A stretch of DNA of 64,000 bases from Leptolyngbyaceae cyanobacterium (GTDB lineage Bacteria; Cyanobacteriota; Cyanobacteriia; Phormidesmidales; Phormidesmidaceae). Below, piece by piece: positions 38,603-49,122 of the stretch (positions are counted from its first letter, which is position 1; every line of letters begins with the position of its first letter). Both the position numbers and the translations under genes were made by a program. The stretch lies in assembly GCA_965263355.1 (NCBI GenBank), contig CBDHHL010000032.1, positions 256,001 to 320,000 of the forward strand, written 5' to 3'. A model generated the notes under the pieces. The model worked only from the letters and a program-made list of their open reading frames with translations, was not told where the DNA came from and made no database searches.

Positions 38603-40420
38603 CTAGGAGTGGTGGATCTGATTGAGAATACGTACAGCCAGTTCAGAGGTTGCCACTGATTTATTAATAAAATCGTCACCACCAAAACGAAATGCACGAC
38701 CACGGGTAGTTTCCGCTTCGTGAACCGTGAGAAATATGATGGGCAGATCGTACCAGCGTGGATCTGCCCGTAACACCTGACAGACCTCAAAGCCACTCAT
38801 CTCCGGCATAGTGACATCCAACACCAGGGCATCTGGCTTTATTGTTTCAAGGGTTTCCCAAAGCCGTTTGCTATTAGTCAACGGGGTAATGTCAAAATTC
38901 CAAGGGGCAAGACTGACCTGTAATAGCTTTAAGATCTGCGGATCGTCATCAACGATGATAATTTTGGCAGGAGCTGTGTTCGAGCGCATCACCTTTAATG
39001 CGTCTGAAATCACCTGCTGAGGAGAACTAGCGCGATCCAGCAGCTGGCTCGCCCCCTGCCGCACTAACTGCAAACGGATCGAGGCTGGTAATGCCGGTAA
39101 TAGTAGGCAAAATGGCCCAGTAAATTTCTTGGTAAAGTTAGCAATGTCCTGGAGCAGCTGAGTGGGCAATTGCTCAGCGGGTTCATTCGCTAATGCTTCC
39201 TTAGTCAAGCTAGATGGCGGCAGATCAAACACAACCAGCTGGGGTTTAAGCTGATGCAATAGGCGCTGGGCATGGATTAAGGTATTGGCCTGACGCACCC
39301 GTAGGGATTGCTGTGTCGCCTGCAAACTCAGCTGATCCACCAGGTGACGATCCGGGCTAATCAATAGCAACAGAGGTACCCCAGCTGTAACCGTTTCAGT
39401 GGCATCTTCCACCGACGTTTGAGTAATTTCGTTGCGCAGCTGTTGCACCAAACGATGAAACTGAGCCGCTGGAATATCGGTGGATGGGTTAATTTGCAAC
39501 AATTTTTCCAACCGTTGAGCCAGGGTAGACCCCATGGAAAACCCAAAGCTACCTAATGCACCCACCAGTTTATGGGCCGTCATTTGACTGGTTTGAGAAA
39601 GTTCGCTACCGAGATTACCCTGTTGGATTGCGATCGCAGCCTTTTCCAGCACCTCCACCCGTTCCTGCATCACTCCCCGATATTTTTGCCAGGCTTGCTC
39701 CACAGCCAGGGTGGTCGACGACTTAGGCAGGGCTGCTTCAACCGGTTCGCTGACATTCAGCCGATAGCCCAACCCATAAACCGTTTTGATTAAGTTCTTG
39801 GGAGCCCCCACCATACTCAGCTTTTGCCGGACTCCCTTGATGTGGGTCCGCACAGCATCTTCACTGGGTGGGTTTTCAAAGGCCCAAAGGTCATCAATGA
39901 TAGCATCTAAGCTATAAACCCGATTGGGCCGTCGCAAAAATAACTCCAGGAGAGCGAATTCCTTGGGGGTAAAATGTACCGGATTGCCATTGTAGGTAGT
40001 TTCACAGGTACTGGGGTCTAGCGTAATCCCGCCCAACTGCAGCACCGTCGGTAATCCCACCTGCTCCCGGCGTAGCAATGCCCGAATACGTGCACCCAGT
40101 TCATCCAAGTCAAAGGGTTTGACCACATAGTCATCAGCACCTGCATCCAACGCCTTGACCTTTTGGGCAGGGGTCCCCGTTGCTGACAACATCAAAATCG
40201 GCTGTTCGTAGCCACCCTGGCGAAAGGCTTTGCAAAACTCAATACCACTGCCATCAGGCAGATTCAGATCAAGCACCACCAAGTCATAGTTAAACAGGTC
40301 AAGGTACCCCTGAGCAGTTTGACCATCAGTGGCAATATCCACAGCATAGCGTTGATAAATGAGCTGGCTGGCCAATGTATCCATCAGCGCTTCGTCATCG
40401 TCTATCAACAATATACGCAT
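38603..40420 (-). CDS. RcaC-like multidomain regulator (REC, winged helix, HPt, pseudo-REC, REC)
   Basis: N-terminal REC plus KTVYGLGYRL; AHKLVGALGSFG (HPt); C-terminal IVDDD...LDVTMP. Confidence 0.9.
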   Translation of the reverse strand: MRILLIDDDEALMDTLASQLIYQRYAVDIATDGQTAQGYLDLFNYDLVVLDLNLPDGSGIEFCKAFRQGGYEQPILMLSATGTPAQKVKALDAGADDYVVKPFDLDELGARIRALLRREQVGLPTVLQLGGITLDPSTCETTYNGNPVHFTPKEFALLELFLRRPNRVYSLDAIIDDLWAFENPPSEDAVRTHIKGVRQKLSMVGAPKNLIKTVYGLGYRLNVSEPVEAALPKSSTTLAVEQAWQKYRGVMQERVEVLEKAAIAIQQGNLGSELSQTSQMTAHKLVGALGSFGFSMGSTLAQRLEKLLQINPSTDIPAAQFHRLVQQLRNEITQTSVEDATETVTAGVPLLLLISPDRHLVDQLSLQATQQSLRVRQANTLIHAQRLLHQLKPQLVVFDLPPSSLTKEALANEPAEQLPTQLLQDIANFTKKFTGPFCLLLPALPASIRLQLVRQGASQLLDRASSPQQVISDALKVMRSNTAPAKIIIVDDDPQILKLLQVSLAPWNFDITPLTNSKRLWETLETIKPDALVLDVTMPEMSGFEVCQVLRADPRWYDLPIIFLTVHEAETTRGRAFRFGGDDFINKSVATSELAVRILNQIHHS

Positions 40421-40668
40421 CGTACCGAGATAGAAAGCTATCTGTGGAAACCTACTTAACTATATAAGTCGGAAATGTCTGTAAATTATCAATCTTTTAT
40501 AAAAGTTATTTCTCTTTGAGGGAGCAAAAAGCAGTTTTAGCAGGTATTGCTAACACACAACATCACAAAGAATTTTCTAGAATATAGACACTATCCACGT
40601 CCAGAACTGTAGTTTTGCCCTAAAGGAAACACCAGGTTTCAACTTGGACGTGGTTTAGGTGAAAGCTT

Positions 40669-41019
40669 ATGGTGTGCCTCCCAAGCCAAGGTTGGGAAGA
40701 GGGATTTATGAGACGGTTTTCTATGCCTATCCCACATTCACTCAGTTTTGCAGTGGCTAGTGTTGCAGCCATATTGGGTTGCTCTACAGCCGCCATGGCT
40801 CAGACTGTTCCAGGTCCGAGTTTACCCATTACCGTTGACTCGTCAAGCCTGGCTAGAATTGCTGCTGATCTGGCTTATCCCAACAGCGCTCAACGCTTCT
40901 TTGAGGCCGGCAAGGCTCAGTTCGAAGAAGAGATCAAACGCCTTACAGACGAAGATATCCAGTCTGACCCCCTACTAACGATAAGGCCAGAGGTGCTAGA
41001 TCAGTTTGAAGACGAATAA
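40669..41019 (+). CDS. Small exported hypothetical protein
   Basis: Signal-peptide-like AAMAQ, SAQRFFEAG motif; true start may be 40708 or 40723. Confidence 0.6.
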   Translation: MVCLPSQGWEEGFMRRFSMPIPHSLSFAVASVAAILGCSTAAMAQTVPGPSLPITVDSSSLARIAADLAYPNSAQRFFEAGKAQFEEEIKRLTDEDIQSDPLLTIRPEVLDQFEDE

Positions 41020-41137
41020 TTTATCAACGCCAACAGTAAGTAGGAAACTTAGCAAGAAAGCATTCTGCTAATTCAATTACAGTGCAACTGCCCGCGACAT
41101 AGGATAATAAAGGATTCGTTGACAAACGGGTTCTACC

Positions 41138-42403
41138 ATGGCAACAGCACAGCCACCTCGGCATAAGCACATTGTTCTTACCTCTCATCCTGGTAATTTT
41201 GGCCAAAATTCCATTGAGATTAAATGGGGCGAGGCAGACCCAAACAAACGTGGTCCCATTATTGCTACCCTGGGCAACCGGTCCCATCGCAACGTAATTG
41301 GCACCCATTCCGGTGGCTATGCAGTGTATCGAGCATTGGCCGTTGCCAGTGGTAGTCTAGAGCGCGATCACCGCGCTGATTTAACCAATACGGCCCCGAC
41401 GGTTGCCATTGGCCCTTATCCCAGTTGGACCGTGCCGGACAAAATTATTTCCCTCGACCCGTTTGGAGCCCTGGATCAGGATCTGTTTGCCGACCTCAGG
41501 GCCGAGGGTTACGACATTCGTCCCTCCATTGCCATTACTAAAGCCCATATCAATATTCCAGAATTACAAGAGGCCGTTAACCAAGGCCGTATTCACGTCG
41601 ATGGCAAAATTCTGAAGGACGGTGGTGAGCTGGTGGTAACCAAGGCCGCCATTGAGCCCGTGTGGCATTTACCAGGCATTGCTAAGCGGTTTGACGTGGA
41701 GGAAAGCAATCTGCGCCGCACCCTGTTTGAGCAGACCGGCGGCATGTTTCCTGAACTGGTCACCCGCCCTGACCTGCAGGTATTTTTACCCCCCATCGGT
41801 GGACACACGGTTTACATTTTGGGAGATATTGAGGCCATTACTGACCCAAATCGTCCCCTGGCCGTCAGGATCCATGACGAGTGCAACGGGTCCGACGTAT
41901 TTGGCTCAGACATTTGCACCTGCCGTCCCTATCTAGTGCACGGCATTGAGGTAGCCTTAGCCATGGCCCAAGCTGGTGGGGCTGGGGTGATCATTTATGC
42001 CCGTAAAGAAGGTCGTGCCCTGGGGGAAGTAACTAAGTTTTTGGTCTACAACGCTCGTAAACGGCAGGTTGGGGGCGACCGAGCTGATACCTACTTCACC
42101 CGCACTGAATGTGTGGCCGGGGTACAGGACATGCGCTTTCAAGAACTAATGCCCGATGTAATGCACTGGTTGGGCATGACCCGAATTGATCAGTTTGTTT
42201 CCATGAGCAATCTTAAATACGATGCCGTCGTTCAATCTGGCATTGACATTGTGGAACGGGTCTCGATTCCAGAAGATCTGATTCCAGCGGATGCCCAGGT
42301 GGAAATCAAAGCGAAAAAAGCGGCTGGTTATTATACCGAAGGGGAGGTGCCCGACAAGACTGCACTTACCCAAACCATTGGTCGCCAGTACGAGGATGCT
42401 TAA
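41138..42403 (+). CDS. URC1-type GTP cyclohydrolase II-like protein
   Basis: Long N-terminal domain (HIVLTSHP, RNVIGTHSGGY), RIHDECNGSDVFGSDICTC, KEGRALGEVTK. Confidence 0.92.
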   Translation: MATAQPPRHKHIVLTSHPGNFGQNSIEIKWGEADPNKRGPIIATLGNRSHRNVIGTHSGGYAVYRALAVASGSLERDHRADLTNTAPTVAIGPYPSWTVPDKIISLDPFGALDQDLFADLRAEGYDIRPSIAITKAHINIPELQEAVNQGRIHVDGKILKDGGELVVTKAAIEPVWHLPGIAKRFDVEESNLRRTLFEQTGGMFPELVTRPDLQVFLPPIGGHTVYILGDIEAITDPNRPLAVRIHDECNGSDVFGSDICTCRPYLVHGIEVALAMAQAGGAGVIIYARKEGRALGEVTKFLVYNARKRQVGGDRADTYFTRTECVAGVQDMRFQELMPDVMHWLGMTRIDQFVSMSNLKYDAVVQSGIDIVERVSIPEDLIPADAQVEIKAKKAAGYYTEGEVPDKTALTQTIGRQYEDA

Positions 42404-43665
42404 TGACACCGGCAGAACAGGCAGCGATTGCCTATTTAAGGCAGCCCCAGGCAATTCGCGATCGCACCTACCAACTATTCGAACTATGCCAGACAGATAA
42501 ACTTGACCATTTTGCCTGCAATCTAGCCAAACTAGACGCCGTTGCCGACTATGTCGTTGAGACCACTCGGCAACTGTATCCCGATTTTGATGTGCCGTTT
42601 CACAGTCGCTGGCGTCACTTTGGCCAAGCGCGCCTGACACCGCCCTTAATTCTCCCGGCCCATCAAGGCACCCAGGATATTCCACCACCGTTAATGCCGG
42701 AGGAGGCCAGAAAGGAATCGGCCAAAGCACAGCTCGACCTGGTTATTGTCAGTGTCCTTTTGGATGCCGGAGCCGGTAGTCAATGGCACTATCAGGACTT
42801 TTCTACCAACCAAACCCTGGGCCGTTCAGAAGGGTTGGCCGTTGCCAGTCTGCGGGCCTTTGAGCAGGGGTTCTTTTCTACGGATGCCACGGTGCTCTAT
42901 CAGGTGGATGCTGCTGGTTTGCAGTCCCTAACGGCAGCGGATCTAGCCCAGGTATTTCAAGTCAGGGATGACAACCCCCTAGTGGGACTATCGGGCCGAT
43001 TGACCTTGCTGCATCAGTTGGGTGCTGCCCTGGCAGCCCAGCCAAAGCGCTTTGGAGCAACCCCTGCCAGACCGGGCAATCTGTTGGACTATTTAACTCA
43101 GCGCTACGGCCATACCTTGGATGCGGGGCTGTTGCTCACCGAAGTGCTAGAAAGCTTCGGCTCAATCTGGCCGGGGCGAGTCACCTTGGCCGATACCAAT
43201 TTGGGTGATATGTGGCCCCATCCAGCCTTGCCGGACACAGGATTGGGGACAAACCTGGTGCCGTTTCATAAGCTATCCCAATGGTTGACCTATTCCCTGG
43301 TAGAACCCTTAACAGTCGCTGGGATCACCGTGACCAATTTAAATGCCCTGACGGGGTTGGCTGAATATCGCAATGGGGGTCTGTGTATAGATTTGGGCTT
43401 ACTGGTTGCCAAACATCCCGAGGTGACAAACCAGGCCCACTTACCAGGCTCATCGGTAATTGTTGAATGGCGAGCCCTCACCATAGTGATGCTAGACATG
43501 ATTGGTGAGCGGGTGCGTCAGTTGCTTAATAAATCGCCGACGGAACTGCCGTTGATCAAAGTGTTGGAGGGGGGGACCTGGGCAGCAGGACGACGAATTG
43601 CAAAACAACTACGACCGACTGGAGTACCGCCGATTGCAATTGAGAGCGATGGTACGGTGTTTTGA
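42403..43665 (+). CDS. URC4/Urg3 family protein (DUF1688)
   Basis: [46 protein letters not shown]. Confidence 0.92.
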   Translation: MTPAEQAAIAYLRQPQAIRDRTYQLFELCQTDKLDHFACNLAKLDAVADYVVETTRQLYPDFDVPFHSRWRHFGQARLTPPLILPAHQGTQDIPPPLMPEEARKESAKAQLDLVIVSVLLDAGAGSQWHYQDFSTNQTLGRSEGLAVASLRAFEQGFFSTDATVLYQVDAAGLQSLTAADLAQVFQVRDDNPLVGLSGRLTLLHQLGAALAAQPKRFGATPARPGNLLDYLTQRYGHTLDAGLLLTEVLESFGSIWPGRVTLADTNLGDMWPHPALPDTGLGTNLVPFHKLSQWLTYSLVEPLTVAGITVTNLNALTGLAEYRNGGLCIDLGLLVAKHPEVTNQAHLPGSSVIVEWRALTIVMLDMIGERVRQLLNKSPTELPLIKVLEGGTWAAGRRIAKQLRPTGVPPIAIESDGTVF

Positions 43666-43705
43666 AGTCGGAAGTCGGAAGTCGGAAGTCAGAAGTCGGA
43701 AGTGG
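43664..43705. repeat. Heptamer tandem repeat (GAAGTCG) x6, STRR-like
   Basis: Directly visible; overlaps the URC4 stop and runs into the GGAGG RBS of upp. Confidence 0.95.
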
Positions 43706-43712
43706 GAGGCGT

Positions 43713-44348
43713 ATGGACAACAACTTGGTAACGCAAATTGCGCATCCGTTGATTCAGCATAAACTGACGCTGATGCGGCAGAAAGAAACGAGTACGGCTA
43801 AATTTCGCCAACTGTTGGAAGAAATCAGTCTGTTGTTAGCCTACGAGGTTACCCGTGAATTGCCCCTAGAAATGGTTGACATTGAGACGCCCTTTGCCAC
43901 CATGGCAGCGCCAATGTTGACGGGCAAGAAGCTGGTGCTGATTTCGATTATGCGGGCAGGACAGGGAATTTTGGACGGCATGCTGAAGTTGATTCCCTCG
44001 GCGCGGGTAGGGCACATTGGCCTCTACCGGGATCCGAGAATGCTGATGCCAGTAGAGTATTACTTTAAGGTGCCTAAGGATGTCAGTGAGCGGGATATGC
44101 TCATTGTTGACCCGATGATTGCCACGGGGAATAGTGCGATCGCAGCCGTCCATCGCCTCAAGGAAACCCAACCCCAGTCAATTAAATTTGTATGTTTGCT
44201 GGCAGCACCAGAGGGACTTAAGAGTTTCCATGAAGAACATCCCGATGTCCCTGTTTTTACGGCTGCCATCGACGAGAAGCTGGATGAACACGGCTACATT
44301 TTGCCAGGTCTGGGCGACGCAGGCGATCGCATGTTTGGTACGCAGTAA
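43713..44348 (+). CDS. upp: Uracil phosphoribosyltransferase
   Basis: [34 protein letters not shown]. Confidence 0.96.
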   Translation: MDNNLVTQIAHPLIQHKLTLMRQKETSTAKFRQLLEEISLLLAYEVTRELPLEMVDIETPFATMAAPMLTGKKLVLISIMRAGQGILDGMLKLIPSARVGHIGLYRDPRMLMPVEYYFKVPKDVSERDMLIVDPMIATGNSAIAAVHRLKETQPQSIKFVCLLAAPEGLKSFHEEHPDVPVFTAAIDEKLDEHGYILPGLGDAGDRMFGTQ

Positions 44349-44436
44349 GACCTACCTCGGAGTCCCTCCCAGGAGAGGAGAGTTTTGGACTAATGTTTTC
44401 AGTTTTGTATTCGATTTTTAACGTTTAGAATCTGTT

Positions 44437-45906
44437 ATGAAACAACTAAAAAACTACATTGCTGGTGCATGGCAACAGTCTCAAACCACTGACTATCTTG
44501 AGGTGATTAACCCCGCTACCAATGCTCTTCTGGCAGAGGTTCCCCTCTCACTGGCCAGGGAACTAGATCAGGCGGTAACCGCTGCCAGTGAGGCCTTTAG
44601 CACCTGGCGACGGATTCCTCCCACCGAGCGTATTCAGTATCTCTTTAAACTCAAAACACGGTTAGAAGAAAATCGTGACGAGTTAGCCAAAACAATCACC
44701 GCAGAATGTGGCAAGACCCTAAAAGAATCCCAGGGAGAACTGCAGCGAGCGATTGAAAATGTTGAAGTGGCCTGTGGTATTCCTACGTTGATGCAGGGGT
44801 ATAACTCAGAAGATATTGCCCGTGGCATTGATGAGATAATGATTCGTCAACCCTTGGGGGTGGTGGGCGTCATTGCGCCGTTTAATTTTCCGGCGATGAT
44901 TCCGTTTTGGTTTTTTCCCTATGCCATTGCCTGTGGTAATACCTGTATTATTAAACCCTCTGAGAAAGTCCCCCAGACGATGACCAAAATCATGGAACTG
45001 GTTGGCCAGACGGGAATACCGGCAGGGGTAGTGAATTTGGTCAATGGCAGTAAAACCGTTGTCGATGCATTACTGGATCATCCGACAGTAAAGGCCATTA
45101 GCTTTGTCGGGTCGAGTCCGGTGGCGCAGTATATCTATCGTCGCGCAGCGGAAAACGGCAAGCGAGTACAGTGTCAGGGGGGAGCCAAAAATCCGGTGGT
45201 GATTTTGCCCGATGCGGATCTGGAGATGACCACACGAATTGTGGCGGATAGTGCCTTTGGTTGTGCGGGACAGCGATGTTTAGCAGCATCCCTGGCGATT
45301 ACCGTCGGTACGGTGAAGGCAGACTTTACGGCAGCGATGGTGACCGCAGCCCAGCAGCGGGTGGTGGGCAATGGCCTTGATGATGGAGTGCAGATGGGGG
45401 CAGTAATTAATCGGAGCAGTTGCGATCGCATCCATGCCCTGATCCAAACCGGCATTGACGAAGGCAGCAAACTGTTAGTCGATGGTCGTAATCCCCAAAT
45501 TCCTGGCCATGAGCAAGGTAGCTTTGTACGCCCCACCCTGTTGCAAGATGTTCCACCCCAGGGTGAAATTGCCACCACCGAGATTTTTGGACCAGTGTTG
45601 GGCCTAATCCATACAGATACTTTGGATCAGGCTATTGCCCTAGTCAACCAAAGCCGTTGGGGGAATATGGCCTGTCTGTTTACCAATTCAGGGTCAGCGG
45701 CCCGCAAGTTTCGCTATGAAGCCGAAGCAGGCAACATTGGCATCAATATTGGCGTAGCAGCACCAATGGCATTTTTCCCCTTTAGCGGTTGGAAAGAAAG
45801 TTTTTACGGCGATCTTCATGGTCAAAGCCAGCACGCAGTTGAGTTTTTCACCCAGACAAAAGTTGTCGTTGAACGCTGGCCCAAAGAATGGTCACGACAG
45901 TTTTAA
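44437..45906 (+). CDS. mmsA: CoA-acylating (methyl)malonate-semialdehyde dehydrogenase
   Basis: [37 protein letters not shown]. Confidence 0.9.
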   Translation: MKQLKNYIAGAWQQSQTTDYLEVINPATNALLAEVPLSLARELDQAVTAASEAFSTWRRIPPTERIQYLFKLKTRLEENRDELAKTITAECGKTLKESQGELQRAIENVEVACGIPTLMQGYNSEDIARGIDEIMIRQPLGVVGVIAPFNFPAMIPFWFFPYAIACGNTCIIKPSEKVPQTMTKIMELVGQTGIPAGVVNLVNGSKTVVDALLDHPTVKAISFVGSSPVAQYIYRRAAENGKRVQCQGGAKNPVVILPDADLEMTTRIVADSAFGCAGQRCLAASLAITVGTVKADFTAAMVTAAQQRVVGNGLDDGVQMGAVINRSSCDRIHALIQTGIDEGSKLLVDGRNPQIPGHEQGSFVRPTLLQDVPPQGEIATTEIFGPVLGLIHTDTLDQAIALVNQSRWGNMACLFTNSGSAARKFRYEAEAGNIGINIGVAAPMAFFPFSGWKESFYGDLHGQSQHAVEFFTQTKVVVERWPKEWSRQF

Positions 45907-45967
45907 TCTCTTCTTATAATTTGTATTTTATGCCCGAGAGCCTCCGCAAAAACCAATGCAGGCCCCA

Positions 45968-46200
45968 TATAATTGCCCCAGCCGTAACCTCGAACTTAAT
46001 GCTATTAGGAATAGCCTAGTACGGTGGGTTGTAGGGCGGCGTTCCGGCCTTGTTCAGGGGGAAACCCCAATATGCCTAAATTGAAAACCTTGTTGTTTCC
46101 GGAAAGGGAACTCGGAGGGACCCCAAGCAACCGGTTTTACCATTAGCCAACCACTCAAAGGACATCGGAAAATCGGCTAATAGCGAGAAAGGCTGCTTAA
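45968..46200 (+). ncRNA. Candidate structured RNA of unknown class
   Basis: TATAAT at 45968 followed by several nested stems and a GAAA tetraloop; no ORF. Confidence 0.3.
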
Positions 46201-46293
46201 GTTAATACTCTGATGATATAAAAGCAAAGTTTAAACCAGACGTTAAGCTTTACATTGTCTAATGCTCGCTAATGTAACCTCGTCAACCATTCA

Positions 46294-46641
46294 ATGAATC
46301 CAAATCCAAATCAGCCAAATCTTGCCGATACCCTCAATACCATCTTGAGTCAAGCCACAAGCCTCAAACAAGACATCAATGAAAACTTAATAGATAACAA
46401 CACGGCCACCATCAATGACATCTTGTTACGTACCGCCTATGCACAAATTCCTACCAAAGCAGCTGAGGCAATTCCAGGGCTGGAAATATTTGAAGACAGT
46501 GAAAACCCTGGCAGCTGGTTTTGGGAATGGTCATGGGGTGAATGTCAGGAGGGACCGCTGGAGAACGAGCTAGAAGCACTGATTTCATTTGCTCGATTTG
46601 CAGCTGAGCTAGCGATGGAATTAGGGGATAATGACGAATAA
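46294..46641 (+). CDS. Hypothetical acidic protein
   Basis: 115-aa ORF with ATG; no family recognised. Confidence 0.55.
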   Translation: MNPNPNQPNLADTLNTILSQATSLKQDINENLIDNNTATINDILLRTAYAQIPTKAAEAIPGLEIFEDSENPGSWFWEWSWGECQEGPLENELEALISFARFAAELAMELGDNDE

Positions 46642-46818
46642 GGACTCGGTGTGAGTAGAAAACAGGGGAAAACCCATGATGTGAGAAGTTATTTAGTCTC
46701 TGAGTGCTCAAGTTACAAACGTAGCTAAAGTAGCAACCCCTGGTTGTTTAATCTGCTAACAATACTCTGGTGAGCTACACCTAAATTTAGGTATCAAAAA
46801 CTACGCTGGAGTAGGGGT

Positions 46819-47877
46819 ATGTATGTTGTTTCTAAGGCTCTTAATAAGCAAATCAGCCAGCCTAAGCATGGAGTAAATGGATTGGCCATAGCCTATGTCA
46901 TCATTGGCTATGGCGGCTCTATTGCCTGCATTTGTCATTCAGGCTGGTGGATCAATATCCTGGGGGTATTGCTGCTGACCCATACGTTAGTGTGGGCGGC
47001 TTATTTTGTCCATGAGTTTATCCATGGCACGATTTTTCGTGGCCCGCAACTGAATGGCCTGGGGGCTAGGGCCATGCTTTTTCTGACGGGGTCTTGCTAC
47101 TGTCGCTATTTGCCATTAGCACGGTATCACCTGGCCCATCATAAAAATCGTGCCGATTTTTCAGCATTTTCTATGGATGCTTTTTTGCGATCGCTCCCCA
47201 CCCCTCTACTCAAGCTAATCGAACTCCTGGAATGGCTTTACTTCCCAGCCATTAACCTGATCCTACGTTGGTTTTGTGCCCTGTCTCCATTTTTAGGCCA
47301 AACCCGTCAGGAAGACCGCTGGCGTAATGGTGTTTTGTTATTCGTCAGAGGTAGCCTTTTTGTTACCCTGGCCTGGTACTCCTGGAAAGCTGTCATCCTT
47401 TACTTTATTAGCTATCTCTGTTTTCTCAATATTCTACGGTTTATGGACTGTTTTCAGCATACCTATACGGTCGTGCAAATGGGGCAACCCATGCCCAAAT
47501 ACAGTCTGGACTATGAGGAAAGCAATACGTACTCAAATTTAGTGTTAGGACGTTGGCACTGGCTGAACTTACTATTTCTTAATTTTGGTTACCATAATGC
47601 TCACCATCAGGTAATTCATTGTCCATGGTATCTACTGCCTCAGCTAAATGAGGAACTCTATGGGACCAACTATAAACAGCAGGTTAGCCTAGGCAGTCTG
47701 GTAAAAAACTACCATCAGTTTCGTATGCGACGGTTGTTTGGTGAAAAGAGTAGTGTCGTTGAAACTGATGATGGGCTTGATTTTGATAATTTTCTCGGAG
47801 ATATTGGCGTTTCTTTTTTGCTCCTGAGAGAGCCGTTAGACTGGCTAAACTCAGAACTATCGCTCCGATTAAATTGA
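46819..47877 (+). CDS. Membrane fatty-acid desaturase family protein
   Basis: Three His boxes HEFIH, YHLAHH, YHNAHH; TM segments. Confidence 0.9.
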   Translation: MYVVSKALNKQISQPKHGVNGLAIAYVIIGYGGSIACICHSGWWINILGVLLLTHTLVWAAYFVHEFIHGTIFRGPQLNGLGARAMLFLTGSCYCRYLPLARYHLAHHKNRADFSAFSMDAFLRSLPTPLLKLIELLEWLYFPAINLILRWFCALSPFLGQTRQEDRWRNGVLLFVRGSLFVTLAWYSWKAVILYFISYLCFLNILRFMDCFQHTYTVVQMGQPMPKYSLDYEESNTYSNLVLGRWHWLNLLFLNFGYHNAHHQVIHCPWYLLPQLNEELYGTNYKQQVSLGSLVKNYHQFRMRRLFGEKSSVVETDDGLDFDNFLGDIGVSFLLLREPLDWLNSELSLRLN

Positions 47878-48070
47878 ATCTGGATCAATCCCCATTTTCC
47901 TAAGCTTTTCTGCTAGTCGTTCAGCTTGCTTATAAACGTCCTTATACGGGATATAAAGTTGCTTGAGTAATGTCTATTTTGGCTATGAACTCTCTGGGTT
48001 AAAACAGATTTAGAGGCTAAGTTTGCTCGGTTGCTTAGAATTGAGGGGTACTGCTTACGGGAATACATTT

Positions 48071-48720
48071 ATGCCTTCCCCTTTGCCTGGGATGGATCCG
48101 TATTTGGAGCATCCTCGATCCTGGCCGAACTTTCATCATCGGTTGATTACGGCAATTGCCATTAGCTTAGGTCCACAGTTACGGCCTAAATACCGGGTGG
48201 TGGTTGAGGAGGCGATCTACCAGACAGAGGGGCAGAACTCAGTTTTGGTAGGGATTCCTGATGGGCAATGCGGGAAACTTTACCGATGCCGGATGTGGTA
48301 CGTCAGGGGTATCTGGAAATTCGGGATGTGGCTACCAGTGAGGTGGTGACGGTGATGGAGGTGCTATCACCGACGAATAAGCGGCCTGGGGAGGGTCGAC
48401 GGACCTATGAAGCAAAGCGTCAAACGGTTTTGGCGAGTCCGACAAATCTGGTAGAGATTGATTTATTGTGGCAATGGCCTCCGATTGTGCAACTGCCTGA
48501 GCAGATTAGGACGCACTATCGGATTTTGGTCAGAGCTAGTGTGAATCGACCTCGGGCAAGTTTGTATGGGTTTAATTTGCAAGAGCCGATTCCGGCATTT
48601 CCTTTACCTTTGCGAGAAGGGGAATCGGAACCGATTGTTAACTTACAGGAGTTGCTTGGTGATATTTATGATTAGTCAGGATATGACTTGGTGATTGACT
48701 GACGGCAAGCAATTCCTGAA
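48071..48720 (+). pseudogene. DUF4058 family pseudogene
   Basis: MPSPLPGMDPYLE N-terminus; frame change near 48265; EVLSPTNK...GR..YEAKR; in-frame stops in IYD*SGYDLVID*RQ. Confidence 0.85.
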
Positions 48721-48764
48721 GATATGAAATACATTCAGTGATACAAGCTTATTTCTTGTGTTTC

Positions 48765-49065
48765 ATGTCTTCCATTCAAAAAATTCTGATTTTAGCCTCC
48801 AATCCACTGTCGCTATATCTATACTGGCGATACAAAAGGTGTAATTAGAATATGGGATTTTGATAGTGAAATTTGTCTTTTAAAGATTCCTTGCCACTCC
48901 AAAGCAATAAGTGCAATTGCTCTAAACTCTAAAAATAATTGGTTAGCCACATGTGGAGATGATAAAAAAGTCAGGGTAATTGATCTTAATAAAAACAAAA
49001 TTATCAATAAAAAACTAAGGGATTCAGATCGTATTCAATCTATACTTTTTACTAAAGAGTCCTAG
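48765..49065 (+). pseudogene. Remnant of a CHAT-start/WD40-repeat gene
   Basis: MSSIQKILILASNP joined out of frame to YTGDTKGVIRIWD...HSKAISAIALNSKNNWLATCGDDKKVRVID. Confidence 0.7.
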
Positions 49066-49122
49066 GTTTTATACGGTAAACATACTCTTATATAGCAGCT
49101 GTGTGACAGTTTATGACTTTAG

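Noticed and set aside
41138..42403. ribA (riboflavin GTP cyclohydrolase II)
   Set aside because: The long N-terminal domain and URC4/upp neighbours indicate the URC1 type
43662..43712. N-terminal extension [13 protein letters not shown] on Upp
   Set aside because: Derived from the heptamer repeat; the real start is ATG 43713 after GGAGG
45977..46028. Group II intron domain V (AGCCGTA...TACGGT)
   Set aside because: The interior is too long and lacks the GNRA-capped upper stem; no domain VI or reverse transcriptase
46100..46135. Cobalamin riboswitch (AAGGGAA...GCAAC)
   Set aside because: Lacks the P5/P6 arms and B12 box, and no B12-related gene follows
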